From IMG/VR virus record IMGVR_UViG_2806310815_000005: 64,000 nucleotides of DNA; one strand, written 5' to 3'. The position numbers and the translations under genes were made by a program. The notes under the pieces are model-generated. The model was not told where the DNA came from, ran no database searches, and saw only the letters and a list, made by a program, of their open reading frames with translations. Origin of the DNA: an uncultured virus (IMG/VR IMGVR_UViG_2806310815_000005) (taxonomy: Duplodnaviria > Heunggongvirae > Uroviricota > Caudoviricetes). Positions 1 to 11,308 of the stretch are shown in pieces; position 1 is the first letter of the stretch; each line of letters starts with the position of its first letter.

Positions 1-320
1 ACTTCATCCATAGTTTTACCCGTCTTTTGGCAAATATCTCTTACAAGTATTTTAAAAAAATTCAATTCATAGTTGCCATTCATAACAACTACATCAGGAT
101 TGTTAGACAGTATGTGCCTTTGTATCCTTTCTAGGTCATATGTTTTCCCAGAAAAACTACGAGCAGCTATACCAACGATCAAAGAAGGGGTTAGGCCGCC
201 TAAACAACTTTTATCCAAGTGATCTATGCCTGTGGAAATAGGTTTTATTTTACCTGACTGAAAATCTCCTATTAATTTTACTGTTTTATTTGTAAGGTCT
301 GTGCTTTTTTTTAGTGGCAT
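1..320 (-). CDS. dnaB: DnaB-like replicative helicase, N-terminal part (runs off window start)
   Basis: Manual translation from ATG at 320: MPLKKSTDLTNK...ISTGIDHLDKSCLGGLTPSLIVGIAARSFSGKT. This matches the DnaB/SF4 'TG...LD...GG....LxxxAARxxxGKT' Walker A context. Confidence 0.8.
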   Translation of the reverse strand, partial: MPLKKSTDLTNKTVKLIGDFQSGKIKPISTGIDHLDKSCLGGLTPSLIVGIAARSFSGKTYDLERIQRHILSNNPDVVVMNGNYELNFFKILVRDICQKTGKTMDE

Positions 321-324
321 ATAT

Positions 325-873
325 TTAATCTGTTATTTCTACTTCCCAATTATACATTGCTTTATATACTCTATCATCAATTTTATCTTTCCATTTATCG
401 GCCACTTCCTTAATATGTTTTTCTTTTGCTTTTTTATACGCTTGAAAAGCTTCTTCTGGTGTTTTAAAATAGCCTAAATGAGTCTGAGTATAACCTATAT
501 TTATTGTAGCTCTGTATTTTTTATTTACTTTCACTACGCCCTTAAAATATTTCGATTTCTTTTTATTTCCAAAAATTTTATTTATTTCTTGAGGAACAAA
601 ACAGCAAAATTTAGAATCATATACAGTATTACCTTTGGCTAAAATATCCTTATCCAAATGCCATCCTTCCATATATTCAGGTTTGTAATTTTCTTCAAAC
701 CATCTACTAAAATTACTAATACGCAACCAGTCGATGGACACAATACAATTTTTATAATTCTTGTGGCGATAACACCTCTGTAATATGTTCATCCACAAAT
801 CATATATAATAGGTGTAGTTTTTTCAACATCTATGATCCCTCCATATCTATTCCCTGTACTTTTTATTGACAT
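325..873 (-). CDS. HNH-type homing endonuclease-like protein with C-terminal AP2-like DNA-binding region
   Basis: Motifs W..ILQRCY, F.RWF, WHLDKDIL..GN..Y....CCFVP..IN and HLGYFKTPEEAFQAY. Paralogous to the N-terminal half of 11309-12784. Confidence 0.7.
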   Translation of the reverse strand: MSIKSTGNRYGGIIDVEKTTPIIYDLWMNILQRCYRHKNYKNCIVSIDWLRISNFSRWFEENYKPEYMEGWHLDKDILAKGNTVYDSKFCCFVPQEINKIFGNKKKSKYFKGVVKVNKKYRATINIGYTQTHLGYFKTPEEAFQAYKKAKEKHIKEVADKWKDKIDDRVYKAMYNWEVEITD

Positions 874-2328
874 ATATTTAAAAATTCTCTCTTATATTCA
901 TTATTAATCTCTTCTAAAATGATTTATCATAATATATCAGTTATATAATCTAGCTCTCTTATAGCATCATCATACTCATCCCTAAGCTCTTTTGGTACAC
1001 GTTTTACACCTAACAATTGTTCTAAAACTTTTGGTGCCTTATATGTAATATAACTATAATCAGTGGTCAAATCTCTAGCTTGCTGTAACAATTCTTCTAA
1101 GTCTTCTTTTTTACTCATTTTTAGTAATTTTTCTAGCTTTTTCACTTAATTCTCTTAATAATCTGTTTGTCTCTCTTTGATACATTTCAGCACACTCCGC
1201 AATAGTAGGTGCAGGATACTCCATATCCTCAAAACCACTACTACTATCGTTTGAATCAATTAATTCCCATTTATCCGTAGGACGATCTGAGTAGTAGTTT
1301 ACCCAAAGTTTGTTACATTTGTAGTCAGGAAAAGTTTTCTTAAAGTCTATTGCTTGTTTAGGTGTTATTCTTTTCATAACTTAAATATTTTAAGATACTG
1401 TATTATAACCACCGCCATAATTATACATACTCCTACAACTACCATCACAAAAACATACCCCACCACCTCTAAAACAAAACGGTTTAGTTTTTATATTTTC
1501 TTTAATTATTTTAGTTCCTTCTGTATTTAGAGCATTCTCTAACCTTTTATAGGATTCTTCTTTAGTTTCTACAGTTTCTATTATTTGCCAATTATTTTTA
1601 AAGTCTTCTATAATGTACCTACTACTTACGTCTGTATCTAAATTACGTATTACACAAGAAGTGCTTGTCATTTCTACAACCTTACCTTTAAAAGGAGTAC
1701 TGTGTGATGATTTTTTACCTTTAAAAATGTAAATATATTGATCTTTAATTTCCATAATTCTCTAATTGTTTTATTTGTTCTTCTGTCAAATGTTCTTTGT
1801 ATCGTTCTAATACTTCTGCGGCGGGAAGATACTCAACCAATTCTCCATTATTGACTCCTAAACTTCCACCACCCTTACTATCTTCACTATAAGGGTCAAT
1901 ACCAACAATGTATTTATCTATTAGCTCAGCTTCTCTATCCACCTGTTTTCTTATTTTAGTATCACCGTATTTATCTAACCAATCTGTTATTGGATTATTC
2001 TTGTTCTTTTTCATAACTTAAAACCATTCTTTATATTTTTTCATAAATTCTCCGCTCACTAGTAATGAGGGGTTGAAGTTCGGGTCTGTCATAAACAAAA
2101 CTTCAATAGGTATTTCTTTACCTAGTTTTTTACTTCTATCAACTAAATGTTTACTATTTTCGTTTTTTATATCTTCTTTTTGCTTTTTGTTTTTTACCTC
2201 CGCCTCTTGTAGATGCTCAAGCATTTCTTTTAAATCGCTAAGTTTAAACTCTTTACTAGGTTTAACTGTGTTAGGATTTCTAACTTGATGATAAATACCT
2301 TTATTTTCTTCCATACTGCAAATATAGG

Positions 2329-2991
2329 CTATTTTATTCGTTTATCAAACTGTTGTTCAATATATTTTTCGTTGTCTTGGTAATAAGCCCACAAAGGCGA
2401 ATTGTCTAAATTATAATATTTACTATACCTATCAGGTGCTACAAATAAAATATTTTCGGCTTTATTGCTTATTACAGCCCTCGGGTTATCATTTTTAAAG
2501 TCTCTAAAACGTTCCGAGAACGATCTTTTATCATTTGGGTCATCTACATAACTATCTTCTATAAAAAGCGTTAATAACACGGCTAAATGGTTCTCGTGAA
2601 TACCTGTTTCAAATCTAAACCAATGCAAACGTCTAAACAGCTCTTTTTTATTTGATTTTACATAATTAACTCTTTTTGAATAGACTTTCTCAACCCAATT
2701 ACCTAAGATTTCATCTTGCTCTTCGTATTCTTCGTCTTTCTGTAAATCTTGTAAAATTTTTACACCTTTTTTTGTAGTACGTAATTTAGATATTTCACTA
2801 TCTTTTTTAGTACCCTTAATTTGATTAACCCACTCGTTTTCTATGAACCTATCTAAGGCGGAGTCATCCATAAGCATAGCCACAAAATCCTCAATATCAC
2901 TCCCTTTTTGCTGATGAATAGCTTGGAGTAGCAATAGTTCTTGTGGTGTTAGCTTGTACTTGTTAAATATTTTTTCTAGTGATAAATACAT
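2329..2991 (-). CDS. Hypothetical protein, possibly DNA-binding/replication-associated
   Basis: 220-aa ORF with an N-terminal wHTH-like pattern (LTPQELLLLQAI...RTTKKGVKIL) in a replication gene neighbourhood. Confidence 0.35.
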   Translation of the reverse strand: MYLSLEKIFNKYKLTPQELLLLQAIHQQKGSDIEDFVAMLMDDSALDRFIENEWVNQIKGTKKDSEISKLRTTKKGVKILQDLQKDEEYEEQDEILGNWVEKVYSKRVNYVKSNKKELFRRLHWFRFETGIHENHLAVLLTLFIEDSYVDDPNDKRSFSERFRDFKNDNPRAVISNKAENILFVAPDRYSKYYNLDNSPLWAYYQDNEKYIEQQFDKRIK

Positions 2992-3354
2992 TATATTAGG
3001 TATTTAGTGATTATACTCCCCAAACATAGTAATATTCAGGGAATAGGTATGTTAATTTAATTTTAATCTTCTAATACTAAATCTTCAATTCTCTCTATCA
3101 TATCATCACTTAAAATAGAAGTAATATCTTCTCCTAAATGTAATATTTCAAATATTTCTAGTTCGTCGGGTTCGGGATATGTTTTATAACTTCCTACTAC
3201 TCCTTTATGTAGTTTGTAATCTACTGTTAGTTCTACTCCGTATAGGTTTATTGTTTTCATTTCTCAATTAATTTTAATGCGGCGATTAAACCTTGTTCTA
3301 GTGCTTCTTCGTAATTATCTTATTTTTATCTGCTACAAATATACGGACAAATAA

Positions 3355-3383
3355 AAACCCCACCAAATAAATGATAGGGTTTT
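3355..3383 (-). terminator. Probable intrinsic terminator after nrdA
   Basis: AAAACCC...GGGTTTT inverted repeat with a U-tract on the minus strand just downstream of the nrdA stop. Confidence 0.5.
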
Positions 3384-3405
3384 AAGAAAAGTTTATGATT
3401 TTGGT

Positions 3406-5121
3406 TTATCCTTCACAAGCGGAGCAAGTCAATAGTTCTTGAGAGAATTTTTGAGCGGCGTTAATACTATATTGATAGTACAACCCTTTTAAACCCTCTT
3501 CAAAAGCCATAAGATGTAATTTGTTAATATCTTTGGCTGATGTATCGGGATGTATCATAATATTTATAGATTGTCCTTGATCGATATGTTTAGCCCTTTG
3601 TCCACCTAATTTAATCACATCAACTTGAGATATTTCGCTAAAAGTCCTAAATATGGCTTTTTCTCTATCTGTTAGGAAATCTAAGTGTTGTACAGAACCA
3701 TTATTTTCAAGTATTGAAGTCCAAACTTTTTTAGTATTGTTACCTTTTTCTTCTAGTAATTTTTCCAACTCAATGTTTTTTACCTCAGACTGTATTTTAG
3801 CTAGTTTTTTAGAGGTATAGTTACTTTTGTGTGGCTCAATACCTTCTGATAGATTTAAACTTTTACCTCCCATAATATAGGCTGTTGATTTTGTTGGAGC
3901 TTGGGCTAAACGTGTTGAGTTTCTAAATCCATAACCTTTCATAATTTCAGGCTCTCCCCAATTCTCTGCCATCCATTTGGAGGATCTGTCAGACTCTCGT
4001 CTTAATAAAGAAAATATGCTGTTGTTTGTAAAATAGCTGTCTAGTTCTCCAAAAACAATACCTTTTTTCTGTAAGTAGGAGTGAAAAGCTAAAACACCAA
4101 GACCAACAGATCTATGCTCTTTTGCAAATTTAACTGCTTTTTCAAGACCACTTAGTTTTTCTGCTTTCTCAATGTACTCTTCAATGACACAATCAAGCAT
4201 TAAATTCATATCAAATATAAAGTTTTTGTCTTGACTCCACTCGTCGAAATAGTAAGCATTTACAGAAGATAAACAACACGCAAAGGTTTTTTCTTCATCA
4301 CAATACTCGTGGGTCTCCAAACATATGTTGCTAGTTTCCAGGTACATAGCTTTATCTTTGTACACTTGAGGTCTTGCATTGTTAGTATTTTCCAAATCTA
4401 GTATATAAGGAAATCCCACCTCTTTTCTAGTTTTTAAAACTTTAGCCCAAATTTTCCTTTTCTCTTTATCTCCCTCTTTAAGTGATTTTAGCCACCCTAT
4501 AGGTAAAGTAACCGCTGTTGTTATTGTTTGTAAAAACCTTTGCTTGTCTGTATGTAATCTATGTGTACCTATATCTAAAAAATCCATAATTTCAGGATGC
4601 TCTACAGATAAATAAGCAGTTAAAAAACCTCTTCTAGCTCTGTTTTGGTTAGTTTTACTCATCATATCTGCGTACAGTTCTATCCAGTCAATAACGGAAT
4701 TTGAAGTTCCACCAGAAGCTATGTCAGAACCAATAGGTCTAATCTTTGAGAAGTTTTGAGATGTGCCTGCTCCATATTTAGCTAACATACCTAACTCGTG
4801 AACACCTTTATATATATCATCCAAAGAATCCGATAGTATAGATTTATTACAACTAATTGGTAAGTTTTCTTTTTTACCAAAATTTATAAGTACGGGAGTG
4901 GCGAAAGAAACCCAACCGTTTGAGATGTATTGTCTAAACCTGTCACCTATACCTCTAGAGTACTCTATCGCTTCTACTGTATCTGACATTTTTAAGCAAT
5001 AATTCTCTATTGTGTTTGCTATCTCTTCATATCTTTGTTCGGGGGTTTGCCCTTCTTGTAAATAACCTTGAGATAAGAACTCTCTTTGGTCTTCTTTAAG
5101 CCAATCTAATTTAATCTTCAT
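3406..5121 (-). CDS. nrdA: Ribonucleotide reductase class I alpha subunit (no ATP cone)
   Basis: ATPVLINFG, PISC, SNICLE (catalytic NxCxE), APT, LYY and C-terminal CSACEG. Confidence 0.95.
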   Translation of the reverse strand: MKIKLDWLKEDQREFLSQGYLQEGQTPEQRYEEIANTIENYCLKMSDTVEAIEYSRGIGDRFRQYISNGWVSFATPVLINFGKKENLPISCNKSILSDSLDDIYKGVHELGMLAKYGAGTSQNFSKIRPIGSDIASGGTSNSVIDWIELYADMMSKTNQNRARRGFLTAYLSVEHPEIMDFLDIGTHRLHTDKQRFLQTITTAVTLPIGWLKSLKEGDKEKRKIWAKVLKTRKEVGFPYILDLENTNNARPQVYKDKAMYLETSNICLETHEYCDEEKTFACCLSSVNAYYFDEWSQDKNFIFDMNLMLDCVIEEYIEKAEKLSGLEKAVKFAKEHRSVGLGVLAFHSYLQKKGIVFGELDSYFTNNSIFSLLRRESDRSSKWMAENWGEPEIMKGYGFRNSTRLAQAPTKSTAYIMGGKSLNLSEGIEPHKSNYTSKKLAKIQSEVKNIELEKLLEEKGNNTKKVWTSILENNGSVQHLDFLTDREKAIFRTFSEISQVDVIKLGGQRAKHIDQGQSINIMIHPDTSAKDINKLHLMAFEEGLKGLYYQYSINAAQKFSQELLTCSACEG

Positions 5122-5140
5122 TTAGTATATTTATTTTTTT

Positions 5141-6115
5141 TTAATTCCACAAATCTTCTTCATCAAAAGCCGTATTCTGAGAGTATTCTGTTGACTTTTC
5201 ATTGAAAAAATCAAAAGAGGATGACGCTCTCATCTGAACCTCTAAAAATTCTGTAGGTTCTAGTAGTTTACTATCAACTTCAAATTCATTACTATAGCCA
5301 ATCTTATTTAAACTATTATTAAAACGCTCTTTTAAATACTCTTGTATACTTTCTTTCGGTAAAAAATTTAGTTCTTGTTTTTCAAAAATCCAGTTCAGTA
5401 TTTCGCACTCTGCTTTATAAGCTTTATTTATATTACCTCTTATCTTACGCTCCATTTCATCGTCAAACCATTCAGGGAATTCTCTTCTTATAATCCGTAT
5501 TAAATCTTCTCCAAATTTTGCATGTATGTCCTCTTCCCGGCTAGTTGCGCCAATAACCGCATTAAAATTAGATAGAAGATTTTTATACTTTTTAAAAGAG
5601 GATACAATTAATAGTTGTGAAAACAAACTGACATTTTCGACTAATAAAGTAAACAATATTAATGATTTAGTAAACTCTTTATCAGACCTAGAATTTACCC
5701 CTTTTAAGTATTTCCCTAAATAGTCAGCTCTACCTTGCATACAAGGAATACTGTCTAATTTTTCAAACTCTTCATCTAATCCTAGCAGCCCTAAAAGCTT
5801 TTCATAAGTCATTTGGTGTATAGCCTCGTTGGAAGCTATAGTATGCCCTACAATGGCTACTTCAGTCTTAGGCAGGCGCATATCTATCCTAGCATAGAAA
5901 GTTTTAACTTTATTTTCTATAAATCCTATTGCCAACATAGATTTTTTTACTATGTCTTGCTCCCCTTCTGTTAGTTTTGTTTTAAAATCGTTTACATCCC
6001 TATCATAAGTAAAATGCTCAGGAGTCCAAAAACTTTCGTGTATAGCATGTGCATATTTTATTAAGTGTGGGTAAGTATAAGGTTTTACTTTTTCAGCTTT
6101 ATCGAATATCGACAT
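5141..6115 (-). CDS. nrdB: Ribonucleotide reductase class I beta subunit
   Basis: SFWTPE, EAIHQMTY (radical Tyr), VENVSLFS, REEDIH, DFF....TEY; adjacent to nrdA. Confidence 0.95.
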   Translation of the reverse strand: MSIFDKAEKVKPYTYPHLIKYAHAIHESFWTPEHFTYDRDVNDFKTKLTEGEQDIVKKSMLAIGFIENKVKTFYARIDMRLPKTEVAIVGHTIASNEAIHQMTYEKLLGLLGLDEEFEKLDSIPCMQGRADYLGKYLKGVNSRSDKEFTKSLILFTLLVENVSLFSQLLIVSSFKKYKNLLSNFNAVIGATSREEDIHAKFGEDLIRIIRREFPEWFDDEMERKIRGNINKAYKAECEILNWIFEKQELNFLPKESIQEYLKERFNNSLNKIGYSNEFEVDSKLLEPTEFLEVQMRASSSFDFFNEKSTEYSQNTAFDEEDLWN

Positions 6116-6162
6116 TTTGTTAATAAGTTGTTTATAAAATTAGTAATTAATTTAGACAAGAA

Positions 6163-6192
6163 AACCGCCAACAGAAACCTATTGACGGCTTT
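6163..6192 (-). terminator. Probable terminator between thyA and nrdB
   Basis: aaccgccaa...ttgacggctt imperfect hairpin with an A/U tract. Confidence 0.4.
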
Positions 6193-6279
6193 AAAATTTA
6201 GGGGTTACAAATATACTTACTTAGTTTTGATTCTACAAGTATCTAAAATGGTTTTTAATTAAGAAAATTTATTTTAGTG

Positions 6280-7239
6280 TTACACTGCCAATTCCAACTT
6301 TTCAGGTAAATTTTTTATTCCTTTTGGTATATTAAATTCAAAATCATCTATTGTGTAATCGTAAAAGTTTTTATTTTCTTTTAGTCTTACTGTTGGCTGC
6401 TCATTTATAGACTCTCTTTTTAATAATTCCTTTGCGGCGGGTATGTGGCGATTATAGATATGACAGTTTTGCACTATATGTAAAAAATTACCTAACTTGT
6501 GTGTAATTCCTGTTGTGTGTGTTAAATGTCCACAAACCATCATTCCTAACATTATATATTGAGCGGGGTTAATTGAGGCTGTCATCATAAAATCTTGAGA
6601 TCTTTGATTTAAAGTAATATCTATATAATGAACAGGTTCGCTGTAAGGTATATGCTTATCTTCTTCATAAACTTCGTATTTTTCTCTTACGCTCCAAAGT
6701 GTTTGGTATGCACAAGGTACAAGAGCCTGTTTATCCTCCTCCATCTGTTTATTATCCCAAAGATTCATTATATGACGTCGGGAAAAAGGGCTGCTTTCTA
6801 ATCCATATAATAGATTATCAATTAGTTTATATCTTTTTACTGTATGTCCATAGGTTTGTCCTAAACTGTTAAGTGTTCGTCCTGTTAAGTAGTATTCCCA
6901 ATCAAATTTAGATGTGATTGAAATTTTTTCTTCTTCCCAACTTTCAACTACAAAATCCTCCCACCAACTATGTATACTTGAGTGCATTTCTTCAATAACA
7001 TTAGTTTGCTTCTGATAAATAGCTTCAATATCATAATATGCACCTTTCAGAGCTGTTTTACGTAGAGTTGTAATAGGGAATTCTTCTTTAGAAATATCGT
7101 ACTTAAAAACAGCCTGTGTAATGAATTTTGAATGCGCTGGTGCACCATCACTCCATCTCGGTCTAGGGTCTTTGTCCCAACTACCGTTTTCTAGAATATC
7201 TTCAATTGTTTCTAATATATATTTATCGGCTTTAATCAT
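6280..7239 (-). CDS. thyA: Thymidylate synthase
   Basis: FPITTLRK, LGQTYG, SRRHIMNLW, LVPC, QRSQD, N.AQY, HIYNRH. Confidence 0.92.
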   Translation of the reverse strand: MIKADKYILETIEDILENGSWDKDPRPRWSDGAPAHSKFITQAVFKYDISKEEFPITTLRKTALKGAYYDIEAIYQKQTNVIEEMHSSIHSWWEDFVVESWEEEKISITSKFDWEYYLTGRTLNSLGQTYGHTVKRYKLIDNLLYGLESSPFSRRHIMNLWDNKQMEEDKQALVPCAYQTLWSVREKYEVYEEDKHIPYSEPVHYIDITLNQRSQDFMMTASINPAQYIMLGMMVCGHLTHTTGITHKLGNFLHIVQNCHIYNRHIPAAKELLKRESINEQPTVRLKENKNFYDYTIDDFEFNIPKGIKNLPEKLELAV

Positions 7240-7704
7240 TATCTTAAAAATATTTCTATTGTGTCTAAAATCAGTTCTCTTCTTTGTTGTTTTGTTATTG
7301 TTCCTACTTTCTTAAACGACTTTCTAAACTCTTTTAAAACGTGTTGTTTGTATGTTTTTGTAACCGTTATGTTTATATTTTCGTCGGTTTCGTACACTTG
7401 TATATCTAGAGGGTGTTTCGAGTGCTCCCAATACACCCAGCCTAAAGCCGTTTCTTGAAGTAAGTCATCCATCACTTAGAAGTTTTCAATAAGTTTAAAA
7501 ATTCTGTAGCTTCTTTTAAGAGTTCTGTGGCCTCATTAGATAATTTTTCAAACTTGTCATTCTCACCTTTATAGGTATCTTTTAATATCTCACCTATTGT
7601 TTCAAAATCAGGTTTAATCAGTCCTTGATCTTTTAACCAGGGTACTAGTTCGGTCTTAACTAATCTTGTTAAGCCTTCTTTTCTGTAATCTATATTTTCC
7701 ATAA

Positions 7705-8091
7705 TTAAAACTTTTTACCGTTCTTTTTTACTCTGTTACCTACTTGATGATCAGGACGAGATTTATTAAAATTTCTTTTAGCTTCCATAATCTCTCCCGC
7801 ATTTTTACACCCAACAGCTCCTAACAAATCAAAAATTCTAATTAATGCATCTACAAGTTCAACATCTACCATACGATACTGTGGGAGCTTGTCATCCATT
7901 AAGTCTTTTCTATAACCTTCTGTTGCTTCAGATACTTCTGTGGTAATTAAATTTAGTTTTGTACCTATTACATAAGGTGTGAATTTGTGGTTTAACAGAC
8001 TTTCTCCTGTTTCAGGATCATTCCACCAACCTGCTTCTACATTCTTACTGTGTATATCTTTTACTAATTTATTTATTTGTTCTGCTGTCAT
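7705..8091 (-). CDS. MazG-like nucleotide pyrophosphohydrolase
   Basis: LITTEVSEATEGYRK...VELVDALIRIFDL...KRNFNKSR, the all-alpha NTP-PPase signature. Confidence 0.75.
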   Translation of the reverse strand: MTAEQINKLVKDIHSKNVEAGWWNDPETGESLLNHKFTPYVIGTKLNLITTEVSEATEGYRKDLMDDKLPQYRMVDVELVDALIRIFDLLGAVGCKNAGEIMEAKRNFNKSRPDHQVGNRVKKNGKKF

Positions 8092-10293
8092 CTATATAAT
8101 TTTCTAAAGCTGTTATTAATCCTTTATAATCTGTGTAATCTTCGTTTGGATTTACTTCGATATAAGTGTGGAGTATTTTATTTATTTCTTGTCGTCGATT
8201 CATTTCTGCCGCCAATCATTTAATCTGTTTATAATTTCTATTGTTCCTGAATCAAATATCTCAGCATCCTCTAGCATAATTTGCTCGGCAAAGTATAGAA
8301 ATAACTGTTCTGTAATACCCCAATCTTCTGAATCTTCATCTAACAATCTAATGAAATCAACTCTTTCATCAAAAGGGATGTTATTGATAACATCTGCATA
8401 AGTCTCCTCTTCTGTTCTACGGTAAACCGCATTTAAGAGTTTTTCTCCCTCTTTTGTATATCTAAACTGTGTCATAAATCTTTGTATTTTTAAACATTCC
8501 TATTCTAATTGCCTCGTCAAACATTTCCACGAGCTCTACTTTAATTTCTTCTGTTGTAAAAATTGAACTTAGTTCTTTATTGGCAACCTCATTTTTTAAA
8601 AACGGGTACAATTCGTTTAATAAGTATTCACCGTTATCCCAAATATCTCCACATACACCTTCTTCGTAGAAAGCTAATCCTGGCATATAAAATTCCTCTT
8701 TTTCATTTATATTAGCTGATAAATGATACGTATCACAATCGGATACAATGTCTGTATATTTAAACATATTAATATTCGTATTTCATTAAAAATTCTTCTA
8801 TATCTTTTGGTTCTGCAAAGTACAAAATAGTTTTGAATCTTTCAAGTAAATCTGCTTGAATTATCGATAAATTCTCTTCCTCGCTTGGTTTATATCCAAA
8901 CTCTTCAATAGCGTCTTCTTCTGTATATAAGTTTAAATTTTCACGAGCATATTCTATAACATCTTCATCTCTAAACTCATCTAAGTCTACATCTACTTCT
9001 ACCGTTGTTCTATACATCACCTTAACTATTTAAAATTTTATCTCTTTCAATCTGTTTCTTTTCGAGTTCAATTAGATCTAATCTTACCCCTTCTAAATTA
9101 TTGTAAGCTACATCTATTATTTTTGGGGCAACTACATCTCCTTCTTTTAATCGTTCAATTACAAAGAATATAGCTTGCAGTTTGTTTCTTATTTTTTCAA
9201 ATTTTGACTCTCTCATATTTTAGGAGGTAGTATTTAGTTTAATTGAATTAAACCTTGTGAATTTACATAAATGTTCGGTGCTTTCTCAGCTATCTTTTCG
9301 TAATTATCTATTGTTTTAAACAATTCTTCTACTGTTTCACACTCTTTTAAACCCTCATCTAAAAATCTTTTTAAACATTGTTTTAATGTGGGGTGGTATG
9401 TAGAGTTTTCTGTTGTATACTCGTCTCCTTTTTTAAATTTTCCGTTTTTATCGTCTTTGTCGCGCACTTTTGTTGTAGTTATTTTTAACTCCCAACTATT
9501 TGTTGATGCGTCTACTGTTGCGTATTCGTTTAACTTTATCATAATTCAATTAGTTCTATTAATTCACTCTTCTGTTGATTAATCACTGTATGTTGGAATC
9601 TTTCGTAGAATTTAAAATCTTCTGTTTGGTACTTATGAATATAAAACCCGTGTTTTTGAAGCTCATAAATATCCTCTTTTGGAAACCAATTATATAAATC
9701 CTCTAAATTATCTACGGCAGAAATATACCCAACTAATTCAGGATCAAAATCCATTTTCAAATCTCTGTTTTTGCAGAAATTAAACTTATTATGTATAAGT
9801 CCTGTAAACTCACCTTTAAAATCATACCATAATCCTTGCTGCGTATCAATATTATTTACTCTATAAAAATCCATTATTTAATATAAATTTTTTGCGGTAA
9901 TTCTCCAAAAACAAACTTCGTTACAAAACAAAGCCAAACATCAAAACTAAAATGCTCGGAAGTTAAGAGATAATCACCACCATTGTTACTTTCTTTTTCA
10001 AATGTAAGAACAAAATCACAATCTTCAAAAGGCTTTAACGAGATTTTAACTCTTACTCTGTCTCTACCTTGCGCGATAATATCTAGCATAGTATCTGCTC
10101 CTGCGACCATTTCTAAGTCTTCTTTATCTCCTTCCCAATTAGGTAAGTCTATATACCACCTGTTCTCTAAATCTCTGTAAAATGTGAAATATTCTTGCAT
10201 TCTAGTCTTTTATCATATTAATTCTGAAATTGACCATCTTATCTTCAAAAATAATTTTCTCTAATTCATCCATAGTATTGTTTTTAAATTAAA

Positions 10294-10422
10294 AATAGGT
10301 GTTCTCGGTGTGGATGTTGCCACTAAGCCGTATTTGTATTTCTACTGGAACTCGCTTTCACTAACCCTTGGATACCTTCCCGATAACACACCCCCGTCGG
10401 GGCTTCACTACAAACACCTATT
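10294..10422 (-). ncRNA. Candidate structured non-coding RNA
   Basis: GC-enriched intergenic segment closed by a 10-bp inverted repeat (aataggtgtt 10294-10303 / aacacctatt 10413-10422) with an internal cccc-gtc-gggg hairpin. Strand assumed from the flanking genes. Confidence 0.4.
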
Positions 10423-10519
10423 ATAAATACCACTATCATTTTTTAGGTCATCATTTCACAGGTTTACGTACGTACTGCTATCCCCAAGTGCATTTGTGGT
10501 TCGCACTAATATTTTAAAG

Positions 10520-10596
10520 TTGCCTTGAAGAGAATCGAACTCTTATGTGACCAATTACGCTTTCTACTGGTTATGAGCCAGAGGCGATACAAGGCA
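10520..10596 (-). tRNA. tRNA-like RNA, anticodon CAU, non-canonical (no D-arm in the normal position)
   Basis: Minus strand: acceptor TGCCTTG/CAAGGCA, anticodon hairpin CTGG-CTCATAA-CCAG, T-arm AAGAG-TTCGATT-CTCTT. No encoded CCA. Confidence 0.65.
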
Positions 10597-11308
10597 TATT
10601 CCCTATTTGATTTGTATTTTTGCGGTAGGAAATAGGGGTAAACACACCTACCGACCAAGGCGCGACCTTGATATAAAATTTTTAATTGTTACTCAAACAC
10701 TGTTACGACTTTTTCTTTTGGCGTTACAACTTGATAACCCTCATCCCAATCTGTTCCGCTGTAAGAGGAGTAAAAACCTGTAATTTTAACATATGCATTG
10801 TGGTCGACAAAATGAAATACCTTCATAGAGTAATCTCCTCCGCCTTCACGATCTCCTTTACTGTTAACCTCTTTAATTTCACCTAGATTCAGTTTGTTTA
10901 AAACATACTTTTCTATTGCTTCCCAACCTTCAATATCATTTGGTATTTCAATATCTGCCTCTGTCCATTCTTGGTAAGCTAGTACACTTGGATAAATTCC
11001 TGAATCTTTTAATCTTTTAATAATTTCTTGTCCTGTCATTCTATTTTAATATTTAAATTTTTTGAAAATCAGTTATTGTTTTCTTTACTGGTTTAACAAA
11101 TTGTACAGATTTTACGTGTTCGTTATCTCCATAAGAATCTGTTGCATTTACTAACTTTAGGTAGTTATCTCCTTCTATTTTGAAGATATACACACTCTCA
11201 GACTCTTCGCCTTGGCCTTTTTCACTCCAATAATTTGAAGGCTCGTGTTCACTTACAAGATCGTACTTGCTTTTTAATCCGTAAACACTTAGGTTTTCTA
11301 ATACCTCA

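Noticed and set aside
6280..7239. Modified-base (dCMP hydroxymethylase-type) enzyme
   Set aside because: It retains the Asn (SINPAQY) typical of dUMP-specific ThyA, and no glycosyltransferase or other modification cluster is in the window.
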